Shown: positions 38,807 through 48,806 of the stretch, in pieces
Layout of the letters: each line of letters opens with the position of its first letter
How positions within the stretch are numbered: the first letter of the stretch is position 1
Assembly: GCA_964577985.1 (NCBI GenBank)
Contig: CAZOAR010000006.1
Span: forward strand, 10,459-74,458
DNA: 64,000 nt
DNA from: an uncultured Gemmatimonadota bacterium
GTDB lineage: Bacteria; Gemmatimonadota; CAZMKB01; CAZNLH01
Direction of reading: 5' to 3'
Position numbers and translations under genes: made by a program
Notes under the pieces: model-generated
The model's database searches: none
What the model saw: the letters and a program-made list of their open reading frames with translations, nothing else
What the model was told of the DNA's origin: nothing

Positions 38807-39949
38807 TTACTCCTCTCTACCCATAACGAGACGCGCGATGACCATCCGCTGTATCTCGCTTGTACCCTCACCGATCTCACACACCTTGGCGTCCCGCATA
38901 AGCCGCTCCACCGGATACTCCTTCATATAACCATATCCGCCGTGGATCTGTACCGCCTCCGAGGCTGCCCTCGAGGCGAGCTCCGAACAGAACAACTTGG
39001 CGCATGCGGCCTCCTTGCCGTGCGGTTTTCCGGCGTCACGCAGCCTGGCGGCGTTATACGTCAACTGTTTTCCAGCTTCAACCCCCATGACCATATCTGC
39101 AATCTTGAAACGGATAGCCTGAAAATGTCCTATGGTCTTCCCGAACTGTTTTCGCTCTGCCGCGTAAGACAGTGAGGCATCAAGGGCGGCCTCCGCGATC
39201 CCGAGCGAAAGGGCAGCGATACTTATTCTTCCCCCTTCGAGCGCCTTCATGTTCTGCCTGAATCCTTCTCCCGGAACGCCGAGCAGGTTAGAGGCGGGGA
39301 TTTCGGCATCTTCCATCGTGAATTGCCTTGTGTCAGATCCCCTCCAGCCCATCTTATTCTCCTTCTTTCCCATCTTGAGGCCGACAGTGTCCGTCTCTAC
39401 CAGAAACGTCGTGATGCCTTCGATTCCCTTACCGTTTCCAATGCGCGCACTTACGACCATGACATCGGCAACGCCCGCGTTAGTGCAGAATATCTTCGAG
39501 CCATTGAGAACATAGTTATCGCCCTTCAGGACCGCGCTGCTCTCGGAGGCGCTTACATCCGATCCAGCATTCGGTTCTGTCATAGCGAAGGCGCCTATCA
39601 TCTCGCCTTTAGCCAGCGGGATCAGGTATTTCTTTTTCTGTTCGTCCGTCCCGAAAAGATTAATCGGGCCGGCCCCGATAGAAGTATGGGCCGCCAGCGT
39701 GATAGCTGTTGACGCGCACACGCGGGCGATCTCCTCAACGGCCATCACATATGTCAATTCGTCGAATCCACCGCCTCCCCACTCTTCGGGAAAAGGAATG
39801 CCCATCAATCCGAGCTCTCCCATCTTCTTCACGTTTTCCCGGGGGAATTCGCTTCGCTCATCAATTTCCGCGGCTATCGGGGCTACTTCGTTTCTGGCAA
39901 ACTCCCGAACCATATCGCGGACCATTTTCTGTTCTGCTGTCAGTTCCAT
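38807..39949 (-). CDS. Acyl-CoA dehydrogenase
   Basis: ACAD domains; C-terminal CEIGEGTSEIQRMVIA. Confidence 0.8.
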   Translation of the reverse strand: MELTAEQKMVRDMVREFARNEVAPIAAEIDERSEFPRENVKKMGELGLMGIPFPEEWGGGGFDELTYVMAVEEIARVCASTAITLAAHTSIGAGPINLFGTDEQKKKYLIPLAKGEMIGAFAMTEPNAGSDVSASESSAVLKGDNYVLNGSKIFCTNAGVADVMVVSARIGNGKGIEGITTFLVETDTVGLKMGKKENKMGWRGSDTRQFTMEDAEIPASNLLGVPGEGFRQNMKALEGGRISIAALSLGIAEAALDASLSYAAERKQFGKTIGHFQAIRFKIADMVMGVEAGKQLTYNAARLRDAGKPHGKEAACAKLFCSELASRAASEAVQIHGGYGYMKEYPVERLMRDAKVCEIGEGTSEIQRMVIARLVMGREE

Positions 39950-40012
39950 AAGTGTCCTTTGTTCAAATGTTCCATGTCTGCATACAACTTGTTGAGTTGT
40001 GTCGAGCGAAGT

Positions 40013-40432
40013 TCATGACACATCAGCCTTATCCCTGATCCTTCCAACAGCCTCATTGATATACCTTATGATGTCGCCGGTATGAGTCCCGGGACCGAAC
40101 AGTCGGCCAATGCCCATCTCATAAAGTTTTTCGCGGTCCTCTTCCGGTATAATGCCTCCGCCGGTCAAGAGGATGTGTGAGCCGTCCCTCTCGTCCAGCA
40201 TCTTCCTGACGATCGGAAATATTGTCATGTGCGCGCCCGACAGGATGGATATGGCCACCACATCGACATCCTCCTGAATGGCAGCCTCCACTATCATGGC
40301 GGGAGTCTGGTGCAGGCCGCCATAAATGACTTCCATACCACCATCCCTCAGAGCACTGGCAACAACCTTTGCCCCGCGATCGTGTCCGTCAAGCCCAGCC
40401 TTTGTAACCAACACCCTGACCTTGTTTTCCAT
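40013..40432 (-). CDS. Stand-alone B12-binding subunit of an acyl-CoA mutase (IcmB/MCM small-subunit-like)
   Basis: 139-aa cobalamin-binding Rossmann domain with DxHxxG ([12 protein letters not shown]) and SILSGAH motifs. Confidence 0.7.
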   Translation of the reverse strand: MENKVRVLVTKAGLDGHDRGAKVVASALRDGGMEVIYGGLHQTPAMIVEAAIQEDVDVVAISILSGAHMTIFPIVRKMLDERDGSHILLTGGGIIPEEDREKLYEMGIGRLFGPGTHTGDIIRYINEAVGRIRDKADVS

Positions 40433-40654
40433 CTCACATCTCCTGTAATCCTGCCGGGCAACCAGTATTCCAGCGTCCGTCCCGGGAGTTCGTCACCAAT
40501 CCAGGCGGCTCTGAAGGCCCCTGGCGGCGTTGTTTCTCCTTGAAGCGCCTCGTAAGTACTCTTTGCGTCGTCGGAGCCTGTCCAGGAACCTCTGCCGCCC
40601 GGGATTATTGTCAATAGACTCCCGGGCAGAACACCACATCACGCCTTAACGTTA

Positions 40655-41629
40655 TTATCGCGCCAGAGAGGAGAGATCGAGACCTTTGAGAATAAGCCCC
40701 GCGGCCGCGTATGGCGTTTCCTCATCACGGATCACTTTCCGTATCAACTCATCAAGCCCCCGGAATCCCTCCATTGAGACGTCGACCGCGTCAGCGACCC
40801 TCCTGTTGACGATGCTCCGGACATGACCTTCCACTCTCTCACGCCTGCGCGCATCAAGGTCTCCGCTCTCTTCGAGGTGCAGGCGGTGTTCTTCCAGGAC
40901 CGACTTGAGCCGCTCGATGCCCTTTCCCTCGGACGCCACGGTCTGCACTATCCTCTCTCTCCAGTCTCGACGCTCCTCACGCATATTGAGAACATCCTCG
41001 ATGTCCGCCACCAGCTCTTCGGAGCCCGCCCGATCTGACTTGTTTACGACGAGGATATCTGCAACCTCGAGCAGGCCGGCCTTTAAGACCTGTATGCTGT
41101 CTCCGGACTCCGGTACCAGCATGACGATAGTCGTGTCCGCCTGGGAGGCCACGTCCAGTTCAGATTGCCCCACTCCCACAGTTTCGATGATGATTACGTC
41201 GAAACCGAACGCCTCATAGACGTGCAGTATCTCCTCCGTCGTTGTTGTCAGCCCGCCTATGTTGCCCCGCGCGGCAAGGCTTCTAATATAAACGCCATCG
41301 TCAAGATTCAGGCTCGACATCCTCACACGATCTCCGAGAAGCGCTCCCCCGGAGAAGGGGCTCGACGGATCGACGGCGAGAATACCGACCTTCAATCCAC
41401 TCTCGCGGAACAAAAGGGCCAGCTTCTCGGTCGTTGTACTCTTGCCAGCTCCTGGAGGACCTGTTACTCCAATCCTCCAGGCACCATCAGATTCACGATG
41501 AAGATCATGGAGCAGTTTCTCGAAACCATTTCTCCTGTTCTCAACGAGCGTGACAGCCCGCGCAAGGGCCATCCTGTTCCCCGATTTGAACTCCTCCACA
41601 AGCCTGTCATTATTCCATCGAGATTTCAT
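40655..41629 (-). CDS. meaB: MeaB/ArgK-type G3E GTPase (mutase chaperone)
   Basis: P-loop GVTGPPGAGKSTT, G3E family motifs. Start taken at MKSRW. Confidence 0.8.
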   Translation of the reverse strand: MKSRWNNDRLVEEFKSGNRMALARAVTLVENRRNGFEKLLHDLHRESDGAWRIGVTGPPGAGKSTTTEKLALLFRESGLKVGILAVDPSSPFSGGALLGDRVRMSSLNLDDGVYIRSLAARGNIGGLTTTTEEILHVYEAFGFDVIIIETVGVGQSELDVASQADTTIVMLVPESGDSIQVLKAGLLEVADILVVNKSDRAGSEELVADIEDVLNMREERRDWRERIVQTVASEGKGIERLKSVLEEHRLHLEESGDLDARRRERVEGHVRSIVNRRVADAVDVSMEGFRGLDELIRKVIRDEETPYAAAGLILKGLDLSSLAR

Positions 41630-41699
41630 ATTTACTCGCTGATGCCAGCTTCCGCGCCTGAGACCCGTTGGAGAGAATGAGCAGAACACCGAAAAGGGA

Positions 41700-42179
41700 C
41701 TACTTGTCCGTCATGTAGTCGACGATCCTGCTGATTTCCCGCTTCAGCACATCAAATACGGACTCATATGCCTCTCTTCCAAGGCCCACGGGATCCGCGA
41801 TCTCCACACCTGGATCGTCTCTGGCGGGATACTCCGTCACGAGAAACGCCTCAGCTCCACCCGCGAGTTCTCTCACCCTCTCCAGGTGCCTGCGTTCCAT
41901 CGCCAATATGAGAGATGCAGCTTCGATCATTTCTCTCCCCAGAGGGCGGGAGCGATGTCCCGCGATGTCTATACCCCTTTCGAGGCTCAGTGCATGAGCC
42001 ATCTCACTCGGCGGCAACCCCTCGGCGGCGTGTGTTCCGGCCGAGGCCACCCTGATGCGATCCTTCCAATCCTCCGGCAGGAGACGCCTCATAATTCCTT
42101 CGGCCATGGGGCTTCTGCAGGTATTGCCGGTGCAGACAAAAAGAACGCTCCAATGATCATCTTTTTCGAACGGTATCAC
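41700..42179 (-). CDS. Low-molecular-weight protein-tyrosine phosphatase (or ArsC-like)
   Basis: VLFVCTGNTCRSPMAEG active-site CX5R loop. Confidence 0.7.
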   Translation of the reverse strand: MIPFEKDDHWSVLFVCTGNTCRSPMAEGIMRRLLPEDWKDRIRVASAGTHAAEGLPPSEMAHALSLERGIDIAGHRSRPLGREMIEAASLILAMERRHLERVRELAGGAEAFLVTEYPARDDPGVEIADPVGLGREAYESVFDVLKREISRIVDYMTDK

Positions 42180-42251
42180 CCTGATAGCAGCCAGTCCGGT
42201 CGATGAGCCTCATAGCACAAAAGACTAAATTACCACAAAGGGAAAAGGGTG

Positions 42252-42932
42252 TCAAGACAGGATGGCGGTAAGAATCTTCTCCGGGGGTATTACCCCCTCT
42301 CTGACCACCCGGACCTCATCTCCCCTGATCCTCACAATCGTGGAGGGAAGAACACCCCCGACGCCAGCATCTATCGCGAGACCTATCGGAAAAGGTGACG
42401 AGGAAAAATACGCTCTAAGATCCGACAGGCAGGTTGCGGGCGGCATCCCGGTAGTATTTGCGCTGGTGGACGTAATCGGCCTCTGATATACGTCGAGCAG
42501 CTTGCTTACAAAAGGCGCAGAGCTTATCCTGAGGGATATCATCCCGCCTGCTCCCGCGAGATATACGGGGATGTTGTCCGCCGCCGGCAGGAGCAACGTG
42601 ACGGGCCCTGGCCAGAACGCCTCCGCCAGTTTCTCCACGAGGCAGGTGTCATAATCCCCAGAGGCGAGAACATCAATCCATCCGGTATCCGGGATCAGGA
42701 GGATAAAGGGCCTGTCTCCCTCCATCTTTTTCATCCCGAGGATACTCCTGAACCCCTTCTCGCTCGAGTAATCGGATCCCAGACCATAAACCGTTTCGGT
42801 CGGATAAAATATGACTTCGCCGGCCTGCAGTATCTGAACGACCAGCGGTATCACATGATCGAGAGACGATCCGCCTGGTGATTCTATTCTCTCTTCCCTG
42901 AGGATGGTCACTTGACTTGTGTCGCCCTCCAT
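42252..42932 (-). CDS. tsaC: L-threonylcarbamoyladenylate synthase (TsaC/YrdC family)
   Basis: YrdC domain motif GEVIFYPTETVYGLGSD. Confidence 0.75.
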   Translation of the reverse strand: MEGDTSQVTILREERIESPGGSSLDHVIPLVVQILQAGEVIFYPTETVYGLGSDYSSEKGFRSILGMKKMEGDRPFILLIPDTGWIDVLASGDYDTCLVEKLAEAFWPGPVTLLLPAADNIPVYLAGAGGMISLRISSAPFVSKLLDVYQRPITSTSANTTGMPPATCLSDLRAYFSSSPFPIGLAIDAGVGGVLPSTIVRIRGDEVRVVREGVIPPEKILTAILS

Positions 42933-43023
42933 TACCGAGAGGACATGCGGAGAAGCGGATGATAGAGCGATGAGATGTCGCGTCGGAAAAGAGGTCCTCC
43001 GGAGATGCAGAAAACCGGCGTTG

Positions 43024-43425
43024 CTATCCTCTGCCTATTATCCTCAAGGCCAGGAGCGCGGCATTCCTCGCGTTGTCTATTCCAACCGTGCCAACCGGGA
43101 CTCCCGCGGGCATCTGAACAATCGACAACAATGAATCCATACCGTTGAGCGGGCCTCCGGAAAGGGGTACACCTATCACCGGCAGGTTCGTATAAGACGC
43201 TATAAAGCCGGGAAGATGACCAGCGAGCCCTGCTCCACCGATGAAGACCCGACAACCCAGCTCCTCCTCCTTGCGGATTATTTCTCTGGTGCCATCCGGG
43301 TCTCTGTGTGCCGAGGAGACATAGAGTTCACACTCGACCCCCTTTTCAGTCAGCGTCTCATGAGCTTTCATCATGATTTCCAGGTCGTTCCTGCTGCCAA
43401 TGAGAATAGCTATTCTATCTTTCAT
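43024..43425 (-). CDS. purE: N5-carboxyaminoimidazole ribonucleotide mutase
   Basis: PurE motifs (IAILIGSRNDLEIM, SAHRDPD, GGAGLAGHLPG). Start at MKDRIAIL. Confidence 0.8.
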   Translation of the reverse strand: MKDRIAILIGSRNDLEIMMKAHETLTEKGVECELYVSSAHRDPDGTREIIRKEEELGCRVFIGGAGLAGHLPGFIASYTNLPVIGVPLSGGPLNGMDSLLSIVQMPAGVPVGTVGIDNARNAALLALRIIGRG

Positions 43426-43519
43426 GTCAACAAGCCTCTCGCGCAGTAAGAGTGTCCGCTCATCGCTGCCCTCCACAGACGCACGGTGAACCATTTGCAG
43501 TCAGATGGCCGCCCTCGCT

Positions 43520-44680
43520 TCATATCGGTAGTTTGACGCCACCCCGAACCAGATTGGTCCCTATGACAAGCCTCTGGATCTGATTGGTGCCCTCATATAT
43601 CTGGGTTATCTTAGCGTCTCTCATGTACTTTTCTATCGGATAGTCCCGCATGTATCCGTAGCCGCCAAAGATCTGGACCGCGTCTACCGTTACTCCCATC
43701 GCGAGGTCCGACGCAAACAGCTTGCTCATAGCCGATTGCTTGCTCACAGATTTTGCACCTGAATCTATCATTCGAGCCGTCTGGTACAAAAGAGCCCTCG
43801 CGGCCTCTATCCGAGTCGCCATATCGGCAAGCATAAACTGAATGGACTGAAACGCTCCGATAGGCTGGCCGAATTGTTTCCTCTCCTGGGAATAATTGAA
43901 AGCGAGTTCAAATGCCCCCTGGGCTATGCCGAGCGCCTGCGCCGCTATGCCAGGTCTCGTCCTGTCAAGCGTCTTCATAGCAATGATAAACCCCATTCCT
44001 TCTTTCCCGATAAGATTCTCTGCGGGGACTTGACAATCTTCAAATATAAGCTCCCTCTGGATGGACGCCCTTATTCCTATCTTGTCTTCCGTCTTGCCGA
44101 ATGAGAACCCGCTGAATCCCTTCTCGACTATGAAGGCGCTTATGCCGCGAGTCCCTTTGCCCGGATGTGTGTTCGCGAAAATCGTATAGACGTCCGCCAC
44201 CTCGGCGTTTGTGCAGAACACCTTCCTGCCGTTGAGTATGTATTCGTCGCCCGACTTCACGGCGGTAGTCTTCATACCCCCGGCATCACTTCCCGCCTCT
44301 GCTTCGGTGAGACCATACCCGCAGTAACAGCCCCCTTCCGCAACAGGGGGAAGATATTTCTTCTTCTGCTCTTCCGACCCGCCGACCAGTATCGGAGTCA
44401 GCCCGAGTCCAGTGGCCGCGTATGATACCGCTACCCCCGCTTCTATCCGGCTGAGTTCCTCTGTAACCAGGCTCATGTTGAAAACACCACCTCCCCTGCC
44501 TCCGTACTCTTCCGGTATGAACAGGGCGGGAAGTCCCGCGTCATCGATGATTTTCATGATCTCGTGCGGGAAGCCACCTTCCCGGTCCAGTTGCGCTCGC
44601 ACCGGAAGGACATGTTCCTCCGCTATGCTTCGAGCAAGTTTTTTCAGTTTCTTCTGTTCTTCTGTCAGGAAATATTCCAC
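43520..44680 (-). CDS. Acyl-CoA dehydrogenase
   Basis: ACAD domains; C-terminal QIYEGTNQIQRLVIG. Confidence 0.8.
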   Translation of the reverse strand: MEYFLTEEQKKLKKLARSIAEEHVLPVRAQLDREGGFPHEIMKIIDDAGLPALFIPEEYGGRGGGVFNMSLVTEELSRIEAGVAVSYAATGLGLTPILVGGSEEQKKKYLPPVAEGGCYCGYGLTEAEAGSDAGGMKTTAVKSGDEYILNGRKVFCTNAEVADVYTIFANTHPGKGTRGISAFIVEKGFSGFSFGKTEDKIGIRASIQRELIFEDCQVPAENLIGKEGMGFIIAMKTLDRTRPGIAAQALGIAQGAFELAFNYSQERKQFGQPIGAFQSIQFMLADMATRIEAARALLYQTARMIDSGAKSVSKQSAMSKLFASDLAMGVTVDAVQIFGGYGYMRDYPIEKYMRDAKITQIYEGTNQIQRLVIGTNLVRGGVKLPI

Positions 44681-44712
44681 TCTTCCCCCCGTTCGCTGGA
44701 TTGAGAAATTTC

Positions 44713-45522
44713 TTATCGTTCCTCATCTTCCGAAGTAAGTATCTTAAGCGCGTGCAGGGCGGCGACTTTTTCCGCCTCCTTCTTGCTGGTCCCGCTACCA
44801 CGGGCAATCCACTTCCCCGCCACCTTGACCTCACAGGTGAAGACTTTGTCGTGTTCGGGCCCCGTCGTTTTGACTACTTTGTAGGATGGCTGTGTCTGGA
44901 ACCTCTCCTGAGAGAGTTGAAGGAGGTTGCTTTTGGTCGAATGGAGCACTTGATCCTCAGAGATGGAATCTTTCGCCTCCAGAAGAAGTCGAGTCACAAA
45001 TCGTCTGACATCCTCCAGTGAGCCATCTATGTACATCGCGCCGAGAAGCGCCTCAAGGCTGTCCGCTTGAATCGTAGCTTTGCTCTTTCCCTCCATGATG
45101 CTTTTTCCACCCGTGAAGAGAAGATATTTGTGAAGATCTATCAAGGTCGAACATCGAGCGAGTGAGGATCCTGAGACGAGAGATGACTTGAGCCTGGTGA
45201 GCTCCCCCTCCATGAACTCGGGATGAGTCCTGAAAAGCTCATCCGAGACAATCATTCCCAGGACGGCATCCCCGAGGAATTCCAATCTCTCGTAGGACCC
45301 GAGCGTTCCTTTGCCATTATCATGGGCATAGGACCTGTGAGAGAGGGCCTGGTTAAGGATCTGCTTATCCTTGAACACATAATCGATCTGTTCCTCGAGT
45401 CTGGCAAGCACGGCTACACGCTCTTCGCTCAGGTCATTATCGGATCGCGCTGATTCCAGAAAGGCAAACAGCTTCCTCCATGCGTTCCTGAACGTGGAAA
45501 TCTGCTTAGTCTCCATTGGCAT
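44713..45522 (-). CDS. rnc: Ribonuclease III
   Basis: RNase III signature ERLEFLGDAVL and a C-terminal dsRBD. About 25-aa N-terminal extension relative to E. coli. Confidence 0.85.
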   Translation of the reverse strand: MPMETKQISTFRNAWRKLFAFLESARSDNDLSEERVAVLARLEEQIDYVFKDKQILNQALSHRSYAHDNGKGTLGSYERLEFLGDAVLGMIVSDELFRTHPEFMEGELTRLKSSLVSGSSLARCSTLIDLHKYLLFTGGKSIMEGKSKATIQADSLEALLGAMYIDGSLEDVRRFVTRLLLEAKDSISEDQVLHSTKSNLLQLSQERFQTQPSYKVVKTTGPEHDKVFTCEVKVAGKWIARGSGTSKKEAEKVAALHALKILTSEDEER

Positions 45523-46756
45523 GAAACCGCTTCAGCGCGAGACACGCGTTCTGTCCGCCGAACCCGAAGGAGTTAGAGATGGCGCATTCTATATCCGCCT
45601 CTCTGGCTTTGTTCGGGACGTAGTCCAGGTCACAGTCGGGATCTGGATACTCATAGTTGATAGTGGGGGCGACCAGCCCGTCTCGAAGTGCCATCAAGGC
45701 AAAAACAAACTCTATCCCACCCGCCGCACCTAGCAGATGCCCCGTCATCGACTTCGTCGAGCTGACCATTACACTGCGGGCGTGCTCCCCGAACACTCGT
45801 TTTATTGCCACTGTTTCGTATTTGTCATTGAGTTCGGTGGAAGTTCCGTGGGCATTCACGTAGTCCACCTCAGAGGCTTTTGCATCCGCCTCTTTGAGGG
45901 CCATGGCCATCGCCCTCGCCATCCCTTCTCCGTTCGGCGCCGGAGCAGTTATGTGGTAGGCATCGGCGGTCATGCCGTAGCCAACGACCTCACCGATTAT
46001 GTTTGCACCCCGCTCACGCGCATGACCCAGCTCCTCGAGGATGACAATACCAGCCCCCTCTCCAAGGACAAAACCGTTTCTCATCCTGTCAAAGGGCCGG
46101 CTCGCTCGCCCGGGCTCGTCATTTCTGGTCGAAAGCGCTCTCATTGAGCAGAATCCACCGACCGCCATTGGCGTTATGGCCGCCTCCGCTCCACCGGCAA
46201 TAATCACATCGGCGTCACCATATTTTATCCACCTGTAGGCATCGCCGATGGCATGAGCTCCAGACGCACAGGCTGATACCGTCGCGTAACTGGGCCCTCT
46301 TGCCCCAAACCTTATGGCCACCTGACCGCTGGCGATGTTCGATATCATCATCGGGACAAAGAACGGGCTGATCCTGCCCGGGCCTCCATCTGTCAAACGG
46401 GTGTGCTGAGCTTCTATCGTGCTTATCCCACCAATCCCCGAACCGATGATAACGCCAAACCGCTCGCTGTCAACTCCGTTCTGCTCGAGTCCCGAATCAT
46501 GCACGGCCTGAGTCGATGCGGCGATACCATACTGGAGGAAGAGATCCATTCTCCGGATCTCCTTCTTTTCCAGATATTGTTCCGCATGAAAATCCTTTAT
46601 TTCAGCGGCAAACGTCGTGGCAAAATCGGACGCGTCGAACCTTGTAATCGTTCCGATTCCGTCCTGTCCCGCGAGAAGCGCTTTCCAGCTCTCTTCTGTA
46701 CTGTTGCCGACAGGTGAAATCAAACCTGTTCCGGTGACTACTACCCTTCGTTTCAT
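45506..46756 (-). CDS. fabF: 3-oxoacyl-ACP synthase II
   Basis: KAS II catalytic Cys region (ATVSACASGAHAIGDA) and His-His motifs. Confidence 0.9.
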   Translation of the reverse strand: MKRRVVVTGTGLISPVGNSTEESWKALLAGQDGIGTITRFDASDFATTFAAEIKDFHAEQYLEKKEIRRMDLFLQYGIAASTQAVHDSGLEQNGVDSERFGVIIGSGIGGISTIEAQHTRLTDGGPGRISPFFVPMMISNIASGQVAIRFGARGPSYATVSACASGAHAIGDAYRWIKYGDADVIIAGGAEAAITPMAVGGFCSMRALSTRNDEPGRASRPFDRMRNGFVLGEGAGIVILEELGHARERGANIIGEVVGYGMTADAYHITAPAPNGEGMARAMAMALKEADAKASEVDYVNAHGTSTELNDKYETVAIKRVFGEHARSVMVSSTKSMTGHLLGAAGGIEFVFALMALRDGLVAPTINYEYPDPDCDLDYVPNKAREADIECAISNSFGFGGQNACLALKRFHANGD

Positions 46757-46802
46757 CCTCTACCCCAATCCAGGATCCATACGGGATCACGAGAGGGCCA
46801 GT

Positions 46803-47054
46803 CTATCCCGCGAGGCATTTCTCCAGATAATCGACTGCCTTGCCCACCGTATCCATCGTCTCAGCGTCCTCATCGGGTATCTCGACATCGAACTCCTCTT
46901 CGAAAGCCATAACTAGCTCAACCGTGTCGAGAGAATCCGCTCCGAGATCGTCGACAAAAGAAGACTCGTTGCTGATCTTCTCCGGATCGATTCCGAGACT
47001 TTCGATGATCATTTCCTTGACTTTCTTCTCAATTTCTGTTCTGTCCAGAGCCAT
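46803..47054 (-). CDS. acpP: Acyl carrier protein
   Basis: [20 protein letters not shown] phosphopantetheine-attachment site. Confidence 0.9.
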   Translation of the reverse strand: MALDRTEIEKKVKEMIIESLGIDPEKISNESSFVDDLGADSLDTVELVMAFEEEFDVEIPDEDAETMDTVGKAVDYLEKCLAG

Positions 47055-47099
47055 CCTTTGATCTCCTTTAGTTGATCGGAGCTTTTCGAGCAGGCGGCA

Positions 47100-47861
47100 T
47101 CAACTCATTACCATCCCGCCGTCCACATTAATCACCTGACCGGTTACATAGCCCGAAAGATCAGACGCAAGGAAAAGAACGACCTTGCTTACGTCCTCCG
47201 GCGCTCCCCCTCTCCGCAGTGGGATGTTCTTCAAAAACATCTCCCTGGCGGCGTCCGACAGTTTGTCTGTCATTGGTGTCTCGATGAAACCGGGCGCGAT
47301 GGCGTTCACTCTTATTCCTCTGGAGGCGACTTCCTTCGCCGTCGACTTGGTCAGTCCTATGACGCCGGACTTCGCTGCGGAGTAATTGGCCTGTCCCGGG
47401 TTCCCGATGATGGCGACAACCGAAGATATGTTGATGATGCGGCCGGAACGCTGCTTGACCATGCCGGGGAGGACCGCCTTCGTGCAGAGGAACATTCCCT
47501 TGAGGTTGACCGCGATAACCGCGTCCCAGTCCTTCTCTTTCATCCTTACGACAAAGTTGTCCCGGGTGATACCGGCGTTGTTTACCAGGAGGTCCACCTC
47601 GGAATACCGTTCGATCACCCGCTGCATCATTCCGTCAACGCTCTCCCCATCAGAGACGTCGAGTTCCACCGGAAAGGCTCGATCCTCATCTCCCAGGTCC
47701 GACGCCACTCTGCCGGCACCCGCTCCATCGATATCGGCTACTACTACTCTGGCACCATACTCGAACAGTTTCCTGCAGACGGCTTCACCTATTCCCTGAG
47801 CCCCCCCGGTGACTATCGCCACCTTTGAATCGAGACTGATCAACAAATCACCCCCCTTCAA
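47100..47861 (-). CDS. fabG: 3-oxoacyl-ACP reductase
   Basis: SDR with TGGAQGIGEA NAD(P)-binding motif and YSAAK catalytic motif. Confidence 0.9.
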   Translation of the reverse strand: MKGGDLLISLDSKVAIVTGGAQGIGEAVCRKLFEYGARVVVADIDGAGAGRVASDLGDEDRAFPVELDVSDGESVDGMMQRVIERYSEVDLLVNNAGITRDNFVVRMKEKDWDAVIAVNLKGMFLCTKAVLPGMVKQRSGRIINISSVVAIIGNPGQANYSAAKSGVIGLTKSTAKEVASRGIRVNAIAPGFIETPMTDKLSDAAREMFLKNIPLRRGGAPEDVSKVVLFLASDLSGYVTGQVINVDGGMVMS

Positions 47862-48796
47862 TCCTTCCGTTGTGAAATAAGAAAGTCCTTCATTTCCTCA
47901 TACCCATCCACATGGGCGCCTGCAAGAGAATCGTCAATTTTTTTCAGCAAACGACACAGGACTTTCCCGGGCCCCACCTCGACAAATCTGTTGACACCCG
48001 CCCTGGCAATATACTGAATGGAATCCTGCCACATAACAGGTTTTATCAACTGGTTTTTCAGGCATCTTCGTATTTCTTCGCGATCCTGAGTTCCACTTGC
48101 TGAGACATTGGTAACAACCGGACACGCGGCATCACTGATCCTTATCTCATCAAGCTGGTTCTCCAACCCTGACAGCGCTTCCGTCATCAGACTCGAATGA
48201 AAGGCACCGCTGACGTCCAGCCGGATGGCCCTCTTCGCCCCGTCGGCCCTTGCAAGCTCCATCGCTTTTTCCACACCCCGCACTTCACCCGAGACCACCG
48301 TCTGTTGAGGCGAGTTGAAGTTGGCAGGTTCGACGATCCCTTCAATAGACGCTTCGCCGCAGACTTTTATGACCCCGGATGGTGTCATGCCGAGGATTGC
48401 CGCCATTGTACCAGGCCTCTTGAGCCCTACGTCGTACATGAGTTCGCCTCTAAGGCGAACTGTGACGAGCGCGTCACGGTACGACAAGCTGCCATTGCAG
48501 ACGAGGGCGGAGTATTCGCCAAGACTGTGACCGGCCACTACATCCGGCACCACACCCTCCCCTTCAAGCAGTCGTGCCAGAGCCACGCTGTAAGCGAGTA
48601 TCGCGGGCTGAGTGTTCTTCGTCTTGACCAGTTCCTCTGCGGGTCCTTCGAAAATAATCTTCGAAAGATGATAGTCAAGAATATCATCCGCCTCTTCGAA
48701 GGTCTTTCTGACCAGAGCGTTCTCTTCATAAAAGGCCTTACCCATCCCGACATACTGGGATCCCTGGCCCGGGAAAAGAAACGCGAGTCTACTCAT
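47858..48796 (-). CDS. fabD: Malonyl-CoA:ACP transacylase
   Basis: GQGSQYVGMG and GHSLGEYSAL active site. Confidence 0.9.
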   Translation of the reverse strand: MSRLAFLFPGQGSQYVGMGKAFYEENALVRKTFEEADDILDYHLSKIIFEGPAEELVKTKNTQPAILAYSVALARLLEGEGVVPDVVAGHSLGEYSALVCNGSLSYRDALVTVRLRGELMYDVGLKRPGTMAAILGMTPSGVIKVCGEASIEGIVEPANFNSPQQTVVSGEVRGVEKAMELARADGAKRAIRLDVSGAFHSSLMTEALSGLENQLDEIRISDAACPVVTNVSASGTQDREEIRRCLKNQLIKPVMWQDSIQYIARAGVNRFVEVGPGKVLCRLLKKIDDSLAGAHVDGYEEMKDFLISQRKD

Positions 48797-48806
48797 GATC
48801 AGCCCT

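Noticed and set aside
40348-40654. Checked the 220-nt gap between the B12-binding gene and meaB (and ORF 40348-40614) for a degraded mutase large subunit
   Set aside because: Too short for the roughly 560-aa large subunit. The overlapping 88-aa ORF has no mutase-like sequence.
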